Shown one piece after another: positions 10,201-18,794 of a stretch of 64,000 bases of DNA. Source of the DNA: an uncultured Clostridium sp. (GTDB taxonomy: Bacteria; Bacillota; Clostridia; TANB77; CAG-508); NCBI GenBank assembly GCA_947388675.1, contig CANDRW010000002.1, positions 18,227-82,226 on the forward strand, given 5' to 3'. The position numbers were made by a program, and so were the translations under genes. Below the pieces are notes generated by a model, which did not search any database, was not told the DNA's origin, and worked only from the letters and a program-made list of their open reading frames with translations. The number at the start of each line of letters is the position of its first letter. The stretch's first letter is position 1.

Positions 10201-12504
10201 AACAATTGTTTCATGTCCTAATTCATCTGTTACTTTTAAAGTATATTCTCCATTTTCTGTAATTTTAGTTCCTTCTTCATAGGGAATTTCTTGTCCATCT
10301 TTTATTAAAATGATGTTTACTGAACTATCATCTTCAATAACTGGTAAGACTTCACTATAAACTCCATTTTCTTCTACTTGTGTAACTTTTGGAGCTGTTT
10401 TATCTATTTTAATTACATATGGTTCTGCAATTTCTCCTGTTGCCCCTACATTATTTACAGCACATGCATAAATAGTATAAGTTCCATCTTGTTCAAAAGA
10501 AACTTCATTTTTATCTATCCATGTTACTTTATTATCTATACTATATTTGTAATTTCTAATTCCACTTGGAGACCCACTTCCTGAAAAACTCACCTGTGCG
10601 GTTTCTCCCCAAAATTGCTCATTTGGTGCATTACTATTAATTGTTGGTGCAGTTGGCTTTTCATTGTCAAAATAGAATGCTGCACTTCTAGTAACTGCTG
10701 TATTACCCAATCTATCAGTTGCTTTTGCCCATACATACCAAATACCGCTACCTGTATTTTTTTCTACGTCACTTAATATATAAAATTGTTCTACAAATTC
10801 AGAATCTTCTGGTACAGCCTCATTTTGACTCCACACATATCTAAAACTTTCTTGATCTACTTCACTTGTATGACTTATCAAAATTTGTGTAGCATGCTGT
10901 TTTTGGTAGTCTTGACTTCCATTTGGTGCAAAAGTGATATTGGGAACTGATGTATTAATTGTTACTATATACTCCTCCGAAGTATCTCCTATAATCTCTA
11001 AATTGTTTACAGCTCTAGCAATAAGATGATATTCTTTTGATTCTGTAAAGAGAATTTCTTCTCCTTCTGCAATATCATTCCAATTTGCTCCATTATCTAA
11101 ACTATATTGATATTTTTTTATACCGCTTTGACTGGTACTTCCATCAATTGTAACTTTTACTACTTTATTAGTAATTCCTCCATTTCCTACATTACTATGT
11201 ATAATAGGTGGTGTTGGGTTTTCATTGTCCATGTAAAATGGCTCACTCTTAAATAAAGCAACATTGCCAAATTCATCTTTTGCTATGATTAGTAGGTTAT
11301 ATTTTCCACTGCCACTATTTTTAGTAATAGTATCTCCGTTTGAAAATTCTGTTGCTCCCTCTTCAAACATATGCTCTGTTACATAATCTACATCTTGTGC
11401 CCAAATATATTTTAAAGAAGTAGAATCAATGTTATTTGCATCTGTTATATGGATAGTAGTAGATTGACTTGTTTGATAATTAGTATTTCCATTTGGAGTA
11501 ATTGTAATTACTGGTGAATCTGCATCTATAGCAAAGTGTATAATACTTTGGTTTCCAGCTTCATCTATTACAGTTAAGGTGTAATTTCCTGTTTCATTAA
11601 TGGCATCTCCTCTATTCTCGCTATCTATTGTATATGCCATTTCTTCTCCATCTTTATTTAAAACAGCGGTTAGCTTGCTTTGATCTGTAATTTCTGGAAT
11701 TACTAAGTTGTATTTTTTTCCTTCTTCCACACCCTTTACAGTAGGCGGAGTTTTATCTATTTTAATAATATACTCTTCACTTAACTCACTTATTAGACCT
11801 GTTCCACTTGTTGCTCTCGCTTTTATCTTATAAATTCCATCTTCTGTAATAGTTAATCTATCATTAATACTTGACCATGTTCGACCATCATTTAGTGTAT
11901 ATTCATATTTTGTAATTCCACTTAAGGCTGTACTTCCTCCAATAGAAACATTAACATCTCTATTTGTATATTTGCTATTTACTACATTTGATGTGATTAC
12001 TGGAGTTGTTGGTGGTGTATTATCTAAATAAAATGCTTCACTTCTTGCATAACTTTCATTTCCTAGCATATCTTTTGCTCTTACCCAAAGATACCAATTA
12101 TTTCCTGTATCTGTATTATTACTAATTTTCTCTTCGTTTGTAAAAGATGACTTAAACTCAGTTCTAAGTGGTTGTTCTGGATTCTGTGACCATACATATC
12201 TTAGTGTAGATTCATTAACTTCATTTCCGCTTGTTACTGTAACCTTTGAACTTTGCTCAAGTTTATATACAGTGCTTCCATTTGGCTCAAAAGAAATTTC
12301 TGGTCCTTCTATTTCATTTGTAGCGGTAAATACTTTACTATATAGACTTCTTGTTTTAACAATATCTATTATAGCTTGACCTTTTTCTGTATTCGTTTGT
12401 ATTCCATTTTCTGTCTGAATTATATTTACTCCCATCGCAAGTAAAATTCCAGAAATTAGCACTCCAGAAATTATTTTTATTCCGATTCTTCTTTGTTTCT
12501 TCAT
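7246..12504 (-). CDS. giant sortase-anchored cell-wall surface protein with eight repeated two-domain modules
   Basis: 1752-aa ORF with an N-terminal signal/TM segment. Eight recurrences of ...G-WY(L/V/I)W-(A)KD-GN...F(Y)LDN-PT-P... are followed by GS-S-SGI-KYQYSL-NG-W modules. The C-terminus is IPQTG plus a hydrophobic helix plus KIRNLAERKG. Confidence 0.9.
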   Translation of the reverse strand: MKKQRRIGIKIISGVLISGILLAMGVNIIQTENGIQTNTEKGQAIIDIVKTRSLYSKVFTATNEIEGPEISFEPNGSTVYKLEQSSKVTVTSGNEVNESTLRYVWSQNPEQPLRTEFKSSFTNEEKISNNTDTGNNWYLWVRAKDMLGNESYARSEAFYLDNTPPTTPVITSNVVNSKYTNRDVNVSIGGSTALSGITKYEYTLNDGRTWSSINDRLTITEDGIYKIKARATSGTGLISELSEEYIIKIDKTPPTVKGVEEGKKYNLVIPEITDQSKLTAVLNKDGEEMAYTIDSENRGDAINETGNYTLTVIDEAGNQSIIHFAIDADSPVITITPNGNTNYQTSQSTTIHITDANNIDSTSLKYIWAQDVDYVTEHMFEEGATEFSNGDTITKNSGSGKYNLLIIAKDEFGNVALFKSEPFYMDNENPTPPIIHSNVGNGGITNKVVKVTIDGSTSQSGIKKYQYSLDNGANWNDIAEGEEILFTESKEYHLIARAVNNLEIIGDTSEEYIVTINTSVPNITFAPNGSQDYQKQHATQILISHTSEVDQESFRYVWSQNEAVPEDSEFVEQFYILSDVEKNTGSGIWYVWAKATDRLGNTAVTRSAAFYFDNEKPTAPTINSNAPNEQFWGETAQVSFSGSGSPSGIRNYKYSIDNKVTWIDKNEVSFEQDGTYTIYACAVNNVGATGEIAEPYVIKIDKTAPKVTQVEENGVYSEVLPVIEDDSSVNIILIKDGQEIPYEEGTKITENGEYTLKVTDELGHETIVNFIVDVAGPTITFSPNGNTTWEKAQSTKVTITDISGVDESTVRYKWTQSIQELTEETFMPDSIPFTSEDTITKKTDSGDNWYLWVLAKDLRGNMNLVRTANFCLDNETPEAPTITATVPSGEYSREDVTISISGSESPSGIAKYQYSLDNGLNWVDLKVTDKLLANKTGTYNIKARAVNNVGTIGKQTEEAYILQIDKDGPIVTFTPNGNATYAKKQATTVNVNSVGTLSTLKYLWSTKAQDLQEAEFQSSFNNKQTIEKDTESGVWYLWVLAKDSYNSQTITRSEAFLLDNEIPTAPNLKVNAEDGSSINHSLEIEISGSSSPSGIAKYQYSLNNGADWIDIPVGQKVTADIAGYYQIKARAVNNVGTLGTQTESYEVTIAKSALTVALVPKENQTYQRQHSTQVIVGGSSQLTTLKYLWTTKEENVQESEITQNFTNKQTIIKNTESGTWYLWILVQDNVGNKVIEKSGKFNLDNGIPTAPIINKQIQDGGEEVTIEISGSTALSGIAKYQYSLNNGTTWEDLEVGEKLVLNQQGEYQLKARAISGVGTPGTQTETQEISIKTRIPSIIFKPNGNSNYQNTQSTIIEVSSNFDIKPETQKYIWSTQAEGITKDNFIIQVRNNPEEKYTYTDQQTLTKNTESGIWYIWAYAENINGDSKVQRSDAFYLDNDNPIITGVENEKIYYKGVTPVITDNTSNVTTVVMKDGMAYSYTKGDRIEQDGVYQITAVDEAGNMSNVTFVMQYKEDDTTGPMVNFEPNENKKYATEQSTKVTVTDPSGVREESLKYLWSKETEKPKEEDFSKNFKNGDIITNKEDTGKLYLWIYAEDNEGNKSILRSNEFYLDNTRPNKPSISANIKDGETTDKEVIITIESERKESEIHYEYSTDGGKTWKKVNGNTIKITEEGTKNLLIIAVNETGLRSETVSFNCTIKKTTSKPVDNTIAPGKIPQTGIYTIVVIATVVLAGTAIILFIKIRNLAERKG
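7342..7356 (-). other. IPQTG sortase sorting motif (LPXTG variant)
   Basis: The reverse complement reads ATA CCA CAA ACA GGT = IPQTG. It is followed by IYTIVVIATVVLAGTAIILFI and the basic tail KIRNLAERKG. Confidence 0.75.
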
Positions 12505-12813
12505 ACTACCTTTCTCCCATATACATTCTTCCGCTTTTTATATAGCACTAATTATATGACTACTCTTCTCTTTTTTCAATGTTTGAAACATTTTCAAACT
12601 TTAATATATCTGTTTTTCCTTTACGGAAATTATATATTATTACACTATTACAATTACTTATCAGTTTTATCATATTTTTGTAACTATTTGTCACATTTCA
12701 TTAGGGAACTAGGTCTATTACCAATTTTCTACTATGCTTTTTAGCCTTATAATAAGAGCCTAGAAAGTATTTTTACACACCTCCTAGACTCTTCATAAAT
12801 CTATAACACAACT

Positions 12814-14109
12814 CTATTTTGCAATTCGCCTTGCTATCCCCTTACACTTATCAATTACCTCTTGGACATCACCAATTTTCATATGCCTATTTTCCATTAA
12901 TACTTCACCTTTTACAATAGTTGTTTCTATATTTCTGCCACTCGTGTTATATACTAAGTTGGCTATTTCATTTAGGTTCGGTAACATCGTAATATTCTCT
13001 AAACTTTCTTCTACATTTACTAAGATTAAATCTGCATCTTTTCCTACTTCTATACTACCCACTTTTTCTTCTAAGCCTAATAATTTAGCTCCATTAATAG
13101 TAGCCATACGAAGTGCATCTTTCGCATTTAGCCTTTCTTCATTTTCGTGAATACCACCTTGTATTAAACATGCTATTCTCATTGCCTCAAACATGTCTAA
13201 ATTACTTCCTGAACCTTGCCCATCTGTTCCAAGTGCAACATTAATTCCTTCTTGCAAATATCTTGTAGTATCAGCTATTGTACAACCTAATCTTAGATTT
13301 GAAATTGGATTATGCGCAATTCCACAGTCCATTGTTTTTAATATTTCAATATCCTCATTATCTAAATGTACACCATGTGCTAAAATAGTATGAATACCAT
13401 CAAAATACTCTTTTAACACTTTTATCGCTTTCTTTCCATGTTGTTTTTGAATATCTTGAATTTCATCAATACTCTCTAAAAAGTGCACATGGATTGGTAA
13501 ATGATACTCTTTTGCTAAATCTGCTGTAACTTGTAAACACTCATTTGAACAAGTATACAAGCTATGTGGTGCAACGCAATAAGTAATTAAATCATTGTTT
13601 TTATCTCTAGAATTATAGAACGCTTTAAATTCTTGCACTCTTTTTTCAAAACTTCCATCTGCATCCATAATCGTTCTGGTAATAACTGCCCTTACTTTAC
13701 AGTCTACAGCTGCTCTTCTAATTTCCTCTGACATAAAATATTGATCATTAATGGTTGTTGTTCCAGTTGCAATCATTTCATAATATGACAACATACTTGC
13801 AAAATAAACATCTTCTTTTGTTAGTTTATCCTCTCTTGGCCAAATCTTTTCATTTAGCCATTCATAGAGCTTACAGCCTTCCGTTGTCTCTCTAAAAATG
13901 CTCATTGGAATATGAGCGTGAGTATTAATAAGACCTGGCATAACAATATGATCTATTGCATCTATTACTTTTATATCTCTTTTTTCTTCTATTTTCCCTT
14001 CTATTTGAACTATTTTTCCATTCTCTACTAAAATATCTTTCTTCTCAATGTTAATATCATTATCTTTGAATAATAGTACTTTTCCATTTTTTATTAATAA
14101 ATCTTGCAT
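12814..14109 (-). CDS. mtaD: amidohydrolase family deaminase (5-methylthioadenosine/S-adenosylhomocysteine deaminase-like)
   Basis: 431 aa with metal-binding HAHIPMS near the N-terminus, later HVHFLES, and a TDG..GS... D near the C-terminus. Size and motifs are typical of the MtaD/chlorohydrolase subgroup. Confidence 0.75.
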   Translation of the reverse strand: MQDLLIKNGKVLLFKDNDINIEKKDILVENGKIVQIEGKIEEKRDIKVIDAIDHIVMPGLINTHAHIPMSIFRETTEGCKLYEWLNEKIWPREDKLTKEDVYFASMLSYYEMIATGTTTINDQYFMSEEIRRAAVDCKVRAVITRTIMDADGSFEKRVQEFKAFYNSRDKNNDLITYCVAPHSLYTCSNECLQVTADLAKEYHLPIHVHFLESIDEIQDIQKQHGKKAIKVLKEYFDGIHTILAHGVHLDNEDIEILKTMDCGIAHNPISNLRLGCTIADTTRYLQEGINVALGTDGQGSGSNLDMFEAMRIACLIQGGIHENEERLNAKDALRMATINGAKLLGLEEKVGSIEVGKDADLILVNVEESLENITMLPNLNEIANLVYNTSGRNIETTIVKGEVLMENRHMKIGDVQEVIDKCKGIARRIAK

Positions 14110-14181
14110 CTTTTATTCTCCATTTTTCTCCTCGTTATACCTTTATTATATTGAATTTTTTTGTATTATTCAAGTAAAATC

Positions 14182-14319
14182 TTATTCTTCTAAATATTCT
14201 CTTAATAGCTTCTCTATTTCATCCACTATTTTTTTAATTTCCTCTTTTGGTTCTCCCGCTTTTAGCATTTTGTCTAGTTTTTCAATTAATTCATCAATTT
14301 TTTTCTTTTTATCTTCCAT
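14182..14319 (-). CDS. small helical hypothetical protein (45 aa)
   Basis: Own translation: MEDKKKKIDELIEKLDKMLKAGEPKEEIKKIVDEIEKLLREYLEE. It is too short for the ORF track and the RBS is weak or distant. Confidence 0.25.
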   Translation of the reverse strand: MEDKKKKIDELIEKLDKMLKAGEPKEEIKKIVDEIEKLLREYLEE

Positions 14320-14577
14320 ACGTACTTCGCCTTTAGTTAAGGCTTCCTCCTCTCCTTATTACTACTTTCCCCCCTTTTTCTTTTTTTTATTCTCTAAAAA
14401 TTAGTTTTTCCATCCCCAATTCACTAGAGTTAAAATTGGCTAGACTTCCCTTTATTTACTAAAAGAACCTTTGGATATCTTTCTTCCTATTCAAAATAAA
14501 ATGCAAAAATAGAAAAATATGATGTCACTTTCATGACACCCTACCTTTCTATTTCTCCCTTTTTTAGTTCATTTAAA

Positions 14578-14943
14578 TTACTCTTCATTATTCCTATTAA
14601 AATATTCAATTAAATGTAAAATCATTTCTTGATTTTCTGGTTTTAATTTTTCAAAACCTGCTAATCCTAAGTCTTGAGACTTCTTACTTGTTTTGTCTAA
14701 GTATTCACCAAATATAGTATCTGTACCAATATGAAACAAATTGCAAATTTTCACTAAAACTTCATAAGATGGCTTTGACTTATCTTGCTCAATATTACCA
14801 ATATATCTTGTTGAACATTCAATTGACTCTGATAATTTTTCTTGTGTATATCCATAACTTTTCCTAAGTGCTTTTAGCTTTTCGCCTATCATAATTTCCT
14901 TTTGCTTTCTCATTTTTATAATATTCCCTCTTTCAACGTTCAA
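14578..14943 (-). CDS. XRE-family helix-turn-helix transcriptional regulator
   Basis: The HTH_3 signature is IGEKLKALRKSYGYTQEKLSESIECSTRYIGNIEQDKSKPSYEVLVKI. The true start is probably the internal ATG at 14892 (MIGEKL). Confidence 0.8.
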   Translation of the reverse strand: MNVERGNIIKMRKQKEIMIGEKLKALRKSYGYTQEKLSESIECSTRYIGNIEQDKSKPSYEVLVKICNLFHIGTDTIFGEYLDKTSKKSQDLGLAGFEKLKPENQEMILHLIEYFNRNNEE

Positions 14944-15180
14944 AATTGTCGCTATTACCTATTGTTTCCTCTTTTTATGGAAATATGATATCAAAATGAC
15001 ACTTCAAATAAAAGGAAGTATATAGGTATTATATATTAATTTATTTCATGTTTCAATAGAACATTTATCAAATTATGAATCTATTATTCAAATCTTTCTC
15101 AAAATTTTTTTACTTGCCAATTTTCCGCTTTTGTAGTATGATTACATCAATAAATTACAAAAGAAATTAAAGGTGAAAAT

Positions 15181-16119
15181 ATGAAAAGTGAAAAAATTGA
15201 CTTTTATAGTCCTATAGACTTGAAAACCTATAACTTAGAGCAAACCATACGTTATCAATTAGATATTTTAGAGAGGCTTGACCTTTTTACTAGAAAACAT
15301 AGTGAAAATGTAGCAAATTTATGTTGTAGAATTTGTGAATATTTACATTGTAGAAAATCCTTTACTGTACATTGTACAATCTGTGGTTATTTACATGATG
15401 TTGGAAAAATGCAAATTCCTACAAAAATTTTAAACAAGCCTGATAAGTTAACTCAAGAAGAATATGAAATCATGAAACAACATACCACTTTAGGTTATAA
15501 AATATGCATGCAAGAGCCAAAATTACGTCCTTATGCTTTAGCTGCTTTAGACCATCATGAAGCATTAGATGGCTCAGGATATCCAAGTGGTATTAAGAAA
15601 AAAGATATCCCTTATGAAGCCCAAATTGTACGTGTAGCAGATGAGTACGACGCTTTAGTTACCAAAAGGCAATACAAAACCCATGTTAACATTTCTGAAA
15701 CCTTAAAAGAGCTAATTAAAGATACACAACCAGACCCTAAATTTGTTGCTTTAGATCAATTAGCCTCAAAAGAAAAAGATGGCAAAATAAATGGTCTTAT
15801 CCTAAAAAAACTTTTTAAAGTTGTCATTGATGACACTTTATATGAAATTAGTGGTGTTATGGACTATGTGGAATATTTAAAACAACAAATTAAACGTTTG
15901 GAATTAATGCAAAGTTATCAAAAAAAGGCAGAAACTTCTAATAAAGAAAAAACCAAAGAATACTACCTAGAAGGTATCCATTTATTATTGCAAGATGGAG
16001 AAACCATGGAAAATTATTCACAAATTTTAGAAGAATATAAGAATGCTTTGGTTATTAGACAAGATGTTATAAAACAATTATATGATGAAATCAAAATCAT
16101 CAAAAAACTTAGAGTGTAA
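15181..16119 (+). CDS. HD-GYP domain protein (putative c-di-GMP phosphodiesterase)
   Basis: Contains the HDVGK and HHEALDGSGYP motifs. The RBS AAAGGTGAAAAT lies upstream of the ATG. Confidence 0.85.
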   Translation: MKSEKIDFYSPIDLKTYNLEQTIRYQLDILERLDLFTRKHSENVANLCCRICEYLHCRKSFTVHCTICGYLHDVGKMQIPTKILNKPDKLTQEEYEIMKQHTTLGYKICMQEPKLRPYALAALDHHEALDGSGYPSGIKKKDIPYEAQIVRVADEYDALVTKRQYKTHVNISETLKELIKDTQPDPKFVALDQLASKEKDGKINGLILKKLFKVVIDDTLYEISGVMDYVEYLKQQIKRLELMQSYQKKAETSNKEKTKEYYLEGIHLLLQDGETMENYSQILEEYKNALVIRQDVIKQLYDEIKIIKKLRV

Positions 16120-16167
16120 ACAAAAGATTTATCATGAGTATTTTTGCTTATGGTACAAGGAGGTACA

Positions 16168-18378
16168 ATGAGTAGAGTAAAAAAATTATATACTACTTCC
16201 AAAAAGTTAACTATTATTATGCTAGCATTTTTTGTTTTATTAATTTTATTAATCATTCGTCTAGGCTTTATTCAATTTGTACAGGGCGCTGAACTAAAAG
16301 AAAAAATGTATAATCAATTAATTACTAGTCGATTGGTTGACCCTAGTAGAGGTACTATCTATGATGTTAATGGAAAGACACTTGCTGTTAGTGCACCTGT
16401 AGATACTATTACGATTAATCCTAAAAGTATCGTAGTCTTAAAAGGCGGAAAATTAGATGAGGAGGCAACAAAAACTTTAAAAGAAAAAGTAGCCAAAGCC
16501 TTTTCAGATATTTTTGAGTTAGATTATGAAGCAACTTTAAAGAAAGTATCTAGTGAAAACTCCTATGAAACGATTATTAGAAAAGTAGATAAAGATAAAG
16601 TAGATACCTTAAAAGCTTGGATGAAAGAAGAAGAATGTTCTAGTGGAATTAATATTGAAGAAGATACCAAAAGATCCTATCCTTATGAAAATTTAGCTTC
16701 TTCTTTGATTGGTTTTTGTGGAAACGATAACCAAGGTTTATATGGATTAGAACTTTATTGGGATAATATTTTAACTGGCACACCTGGTAAAGTAGTTACT
16801 TCTCAAGATGCTTTCCAAGACTTTATACCAGATGAAAATCAAACCTATATCCCTGCTGAAAATGGCTATGACCTTACTTTAACAATTGATGCTAATATTC
16901 AAGCAATTGTAGAGAAATATTTGAAAAAGGCTTGTATTGAAAATGGTTGTGAACGTGGTGGTAATGTAATTGCAATGGATCCTAAAACTGGTGATATTTT
17001 AGCAATGGCAACTTATCCTGATTATAACCTAAACACTCCTTTTGAAATGCCAAGCTATCTAAAAGAAAAAGACTGGAAAAAGATGTCATCTGAAGAACAA
17101 ACCAAAACTCTTTATTCTGTTTACCGTAATCGTGCAGTATCAGATACTTACGAACCAGGATCTGTATTCAAAGTTATCTCTGCTGCTATTGCTTTAGAAG
17201 AAGATAAAGCAAGTACTGATAAAGCCAAGGCTTATTATTGCAAAAGTTATGAAACAGTATCTGGAATTGATATAGACTGTGCACACCGTATCAAACATGG
17301 ATATCAAACTTTAAGAGATGCCTTAGCTCATTCTTGTAATCCTGCTTTCATTCAATTAGGACAAAAAGTAGGCGCTAACACTTTTTATAAATATTATGAT
17401 GCTTTTGGACTATTCCAAAAAACAGGAATTGAAACTGCTGAAGAAAATGGTTCCCCTATCTTTTGGAATGTTGATAAAGTAGGACCTATTGAACTTGCCA
17501 CTATGTCATTTGGTCAAAGATTTAAAATTACACCACTTCAAATGATTACAGCAATATCTTCTGTAGCAAATAATGGTATGCTTATGAAACCTAGAATTGT
17601 AAGTGAAATGAAAAATACAGATAATGGAGCTGTTACTACCATTGACCCTGTACAGGTAAGACAAGTTATTTCTAAGGAAACTGCTGAAGAAGTCTTGTCT
17701 ATGATGGAAACCGTTGTAACGAGTGGTACAGGTAGATATTCACAAATTAAAGGATATTCTATTGGAGGTAAAACTGGTACATCAGAACCTGACCCTGGAA
17801 ATCCTGATGAGGGACTTACTTTCTCCTTTGTCTCTGTTTCTCCTGTAGAAAATCCAGAAATCGTAATGCTTGTTACTCTATACAACCCTACCAAAGGAAA
17901 TGCTAATTCAGTAGGTACTCCTATTGCAGCTATTGCATCACAACAGATGTTAAAGGAAATATTGCCATACATGCAAATTCCAGTAGACTCTACTAATAAT
18001 ACTTCTAGAAATGCAACCACCTTACCAAATGTAACAAATAAAACCGTTGCTGAAGCAGAGAAAATACTAAAAAATGCAGGTTTTACTTGTAGTACTTCTG
18101 CTAAATCTGATGAATTAGTAACTGAACAGTTCCCTGTAAAAGGTTCTCAATTAACCAAAGGTTCTATTGTAAAGCTATATACTGAAACAGAAAATACTCG
18201 TGTTTCTAAAAAAGTACCAGACTTAATGAATAAAAATCTCTCCCAAGTAAAAGAGGAGTTAAAAAAGAGAAATTTAAACTTAAACGTTACTGGCTCTGGC
18301 ATTGTAGTTAGCCAGGACCCACTTCCTGACACTTCTGTGGAAGAAGGAACTATTATAAAAATAACAATGGGAAAATAA
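16168..18378 (+). CDS. class B penicillin-binding protein with two C-terminal PASTA domains (SpoVD/PBP2B-like)
   Basis: Contains SVFK (SxxK), SCN (SxN) and KTGT motifs plus two PASTA-like repeats (LPNVTNKTVAEAEKILKNAGF and VPDLMNKNLSQVKEELKKRNL). The start was moved to the ATG at 16168, which is preceded by AGGAGG. Confidence 0.9.
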   Translation: MSRVKKLYTTSKKLTIIMLAFFVLLILLIIRLGFIQFVQGAELKEKMYNQLITSRLVDPSRGTIYDVNGKTLAVSAPVDTITINPKSIVVLKGGKLDEEATKTLKEKVAKAFSDIFELDYEATLKKVSSENSYETIIRKVDKDKVDTLKAWMKEEECSSGINIEEDTKRSYPYENLASSLIGFCGNDNQGLYGLELYWDNILTGTPGKVVTSQDAFQDFIPDENQTYIPAENGYDLTLTIDANIQAIVEKYLKKACIENGCERGGNVIAMDPKTGDILAMATYPDYNLNTPFEMPSYLKEKDWKKMSSEEQTKTLYSVYRNRAVSDTYEPGSVFKVISAAIALEEDKASTDKAKAYYCKSYETVSGIDIDCAHRIKHGYQTLRDALAHSCNPAFIQLGQKVGANTFYKYYDAFGLFQKTGIETAEENGSPIFWNVDKVGPIELATMSFGQRFKITPLQMITAISSVANNGMLMKPRIVSEMKNTDNGAVTTIDPVQVRQVISKETAEEVLSMMETVVTSGTGRYSQIKGYSIGGKTGTSEPDPGNPDEGLTFSFVSVSPVENPEIVMLVTLYNPTKGNANSVGTPIAAIASQQMLKEILPYMQIPVDSTNNTSRNATTLPNVTNKTVAEAEKILKNAGFTCSTSAKSDELVTEQFPVKGSQLTKGSIVKLYTETENTRVSKKVPDLMNKNLSQVKEELKKRNLNLNVTGSGIVVSQDPLPDTSVEEGTIIKITMGK

Positions 18379-18424
18379 GTTTACGATTGATTCTTCAAAT
18401 AGGAAAGAAATGTCCACAAAAAAT

Positions 18425-18449
18425 GCCAAGCTACAAAACGTAGCTTGGC
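18425..18449 (-). terminator. rho-independent terminator (possibly bidirectional) between the PBP gene and the small Cys-rich ORF
   Basis: GCCAAGCTAC-AAAAC-GTAGCTTGGC forms a 10-bp stem. On the minus strand it is followed by ATTTTTTGTGG. Confidence 0.75.
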
Positions 18450-18463
18450 AAATGGTTGTGAAA

Positions 18464-18640
18464 TTAGAACTTGTGGAAAGCACGCTTGTGTCCTTCTTCA
18501 TCGCAAATACGTCCATCAAAAGGACATTCATAGCATTTCCATGTTTTATCACATGCTTTGATAGTTGCACGAGGACGTCCCCTCTCTCTCCATCTCTGTT
18601 CCTTGGTCAATTTCCGATGTGGATGTTTAACCTCTTTCAT
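18464..18640 (-). CDS. small basic Cys-rich protein (58 aa), hypothetical
   Basis: The sequence is MKEVKHPHRKLTKEQRWRERGRPRATIKACDKTWKCYECPFDGRICDEEGHKRAFHKF. The RBS AAAGGAG lies 8 nt upstream of the ATG at 18640 and a terminator lies downstream. It contains one in-frame CGG (18616-18614). Confidence 0.5.
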   Translation of the reverse strand: MKEVKHPHRKLTKEQRWRERGRPRATIKACDKTWKCYECPFDGRICDEEGHKRAFHKF

Positions 18641-18794
18641 AACCTTACTCCTTTCAGGCATATATGCCCAATTTATTTGCAATGCACTTAGCATTAGCAA
18701 TACTATTATACCATAAAAATGGCTTTTTTCAACATTTTGAGGAATAATTGCTAGTTATTCCACTTAAATTCATCTTTTATTTATCGTTATAAAT

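Noticed and set aside
120-12744. Numerous 60-214-aa plus-strand ORFs in the track (for example 120-416, 3768-4412, 6603-7102, 7268-8517, 9983-10584, 12493-12744) lying opposite the giant surface-protein genes.
   Set aside because: They are antisense to long ORFs with strong domain structure. They are low-complexity (S/F/L/I-rich) and have no RBS. They are typical shadow ORFs in AT-rich DNA. The same applies to the other short antisense ORFs across the window.
14500-15010. Similar ~25-nt segments, AAATATGAT(G/A)TCA...ATGACAC, on both sides of the XRE regulator gene (a related one is upstream of agrB near 52525). I considered them as operators.
   Set aside because: The shared part is largely an extended -10-like TATGAT(A/G)T plus A-rich spacer. 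The palindromic half-site spacing differs between copies, so the evidence is too weak.
18410-18691. 93-aa plus-strand ORF overlapping the small Cys-rich gene.
   Set aside because: It has no RBS, and its 5' part includes the terminator hairpin. The minus-strand ORF has an RBS, a terminator and a coherent Cys pattern.
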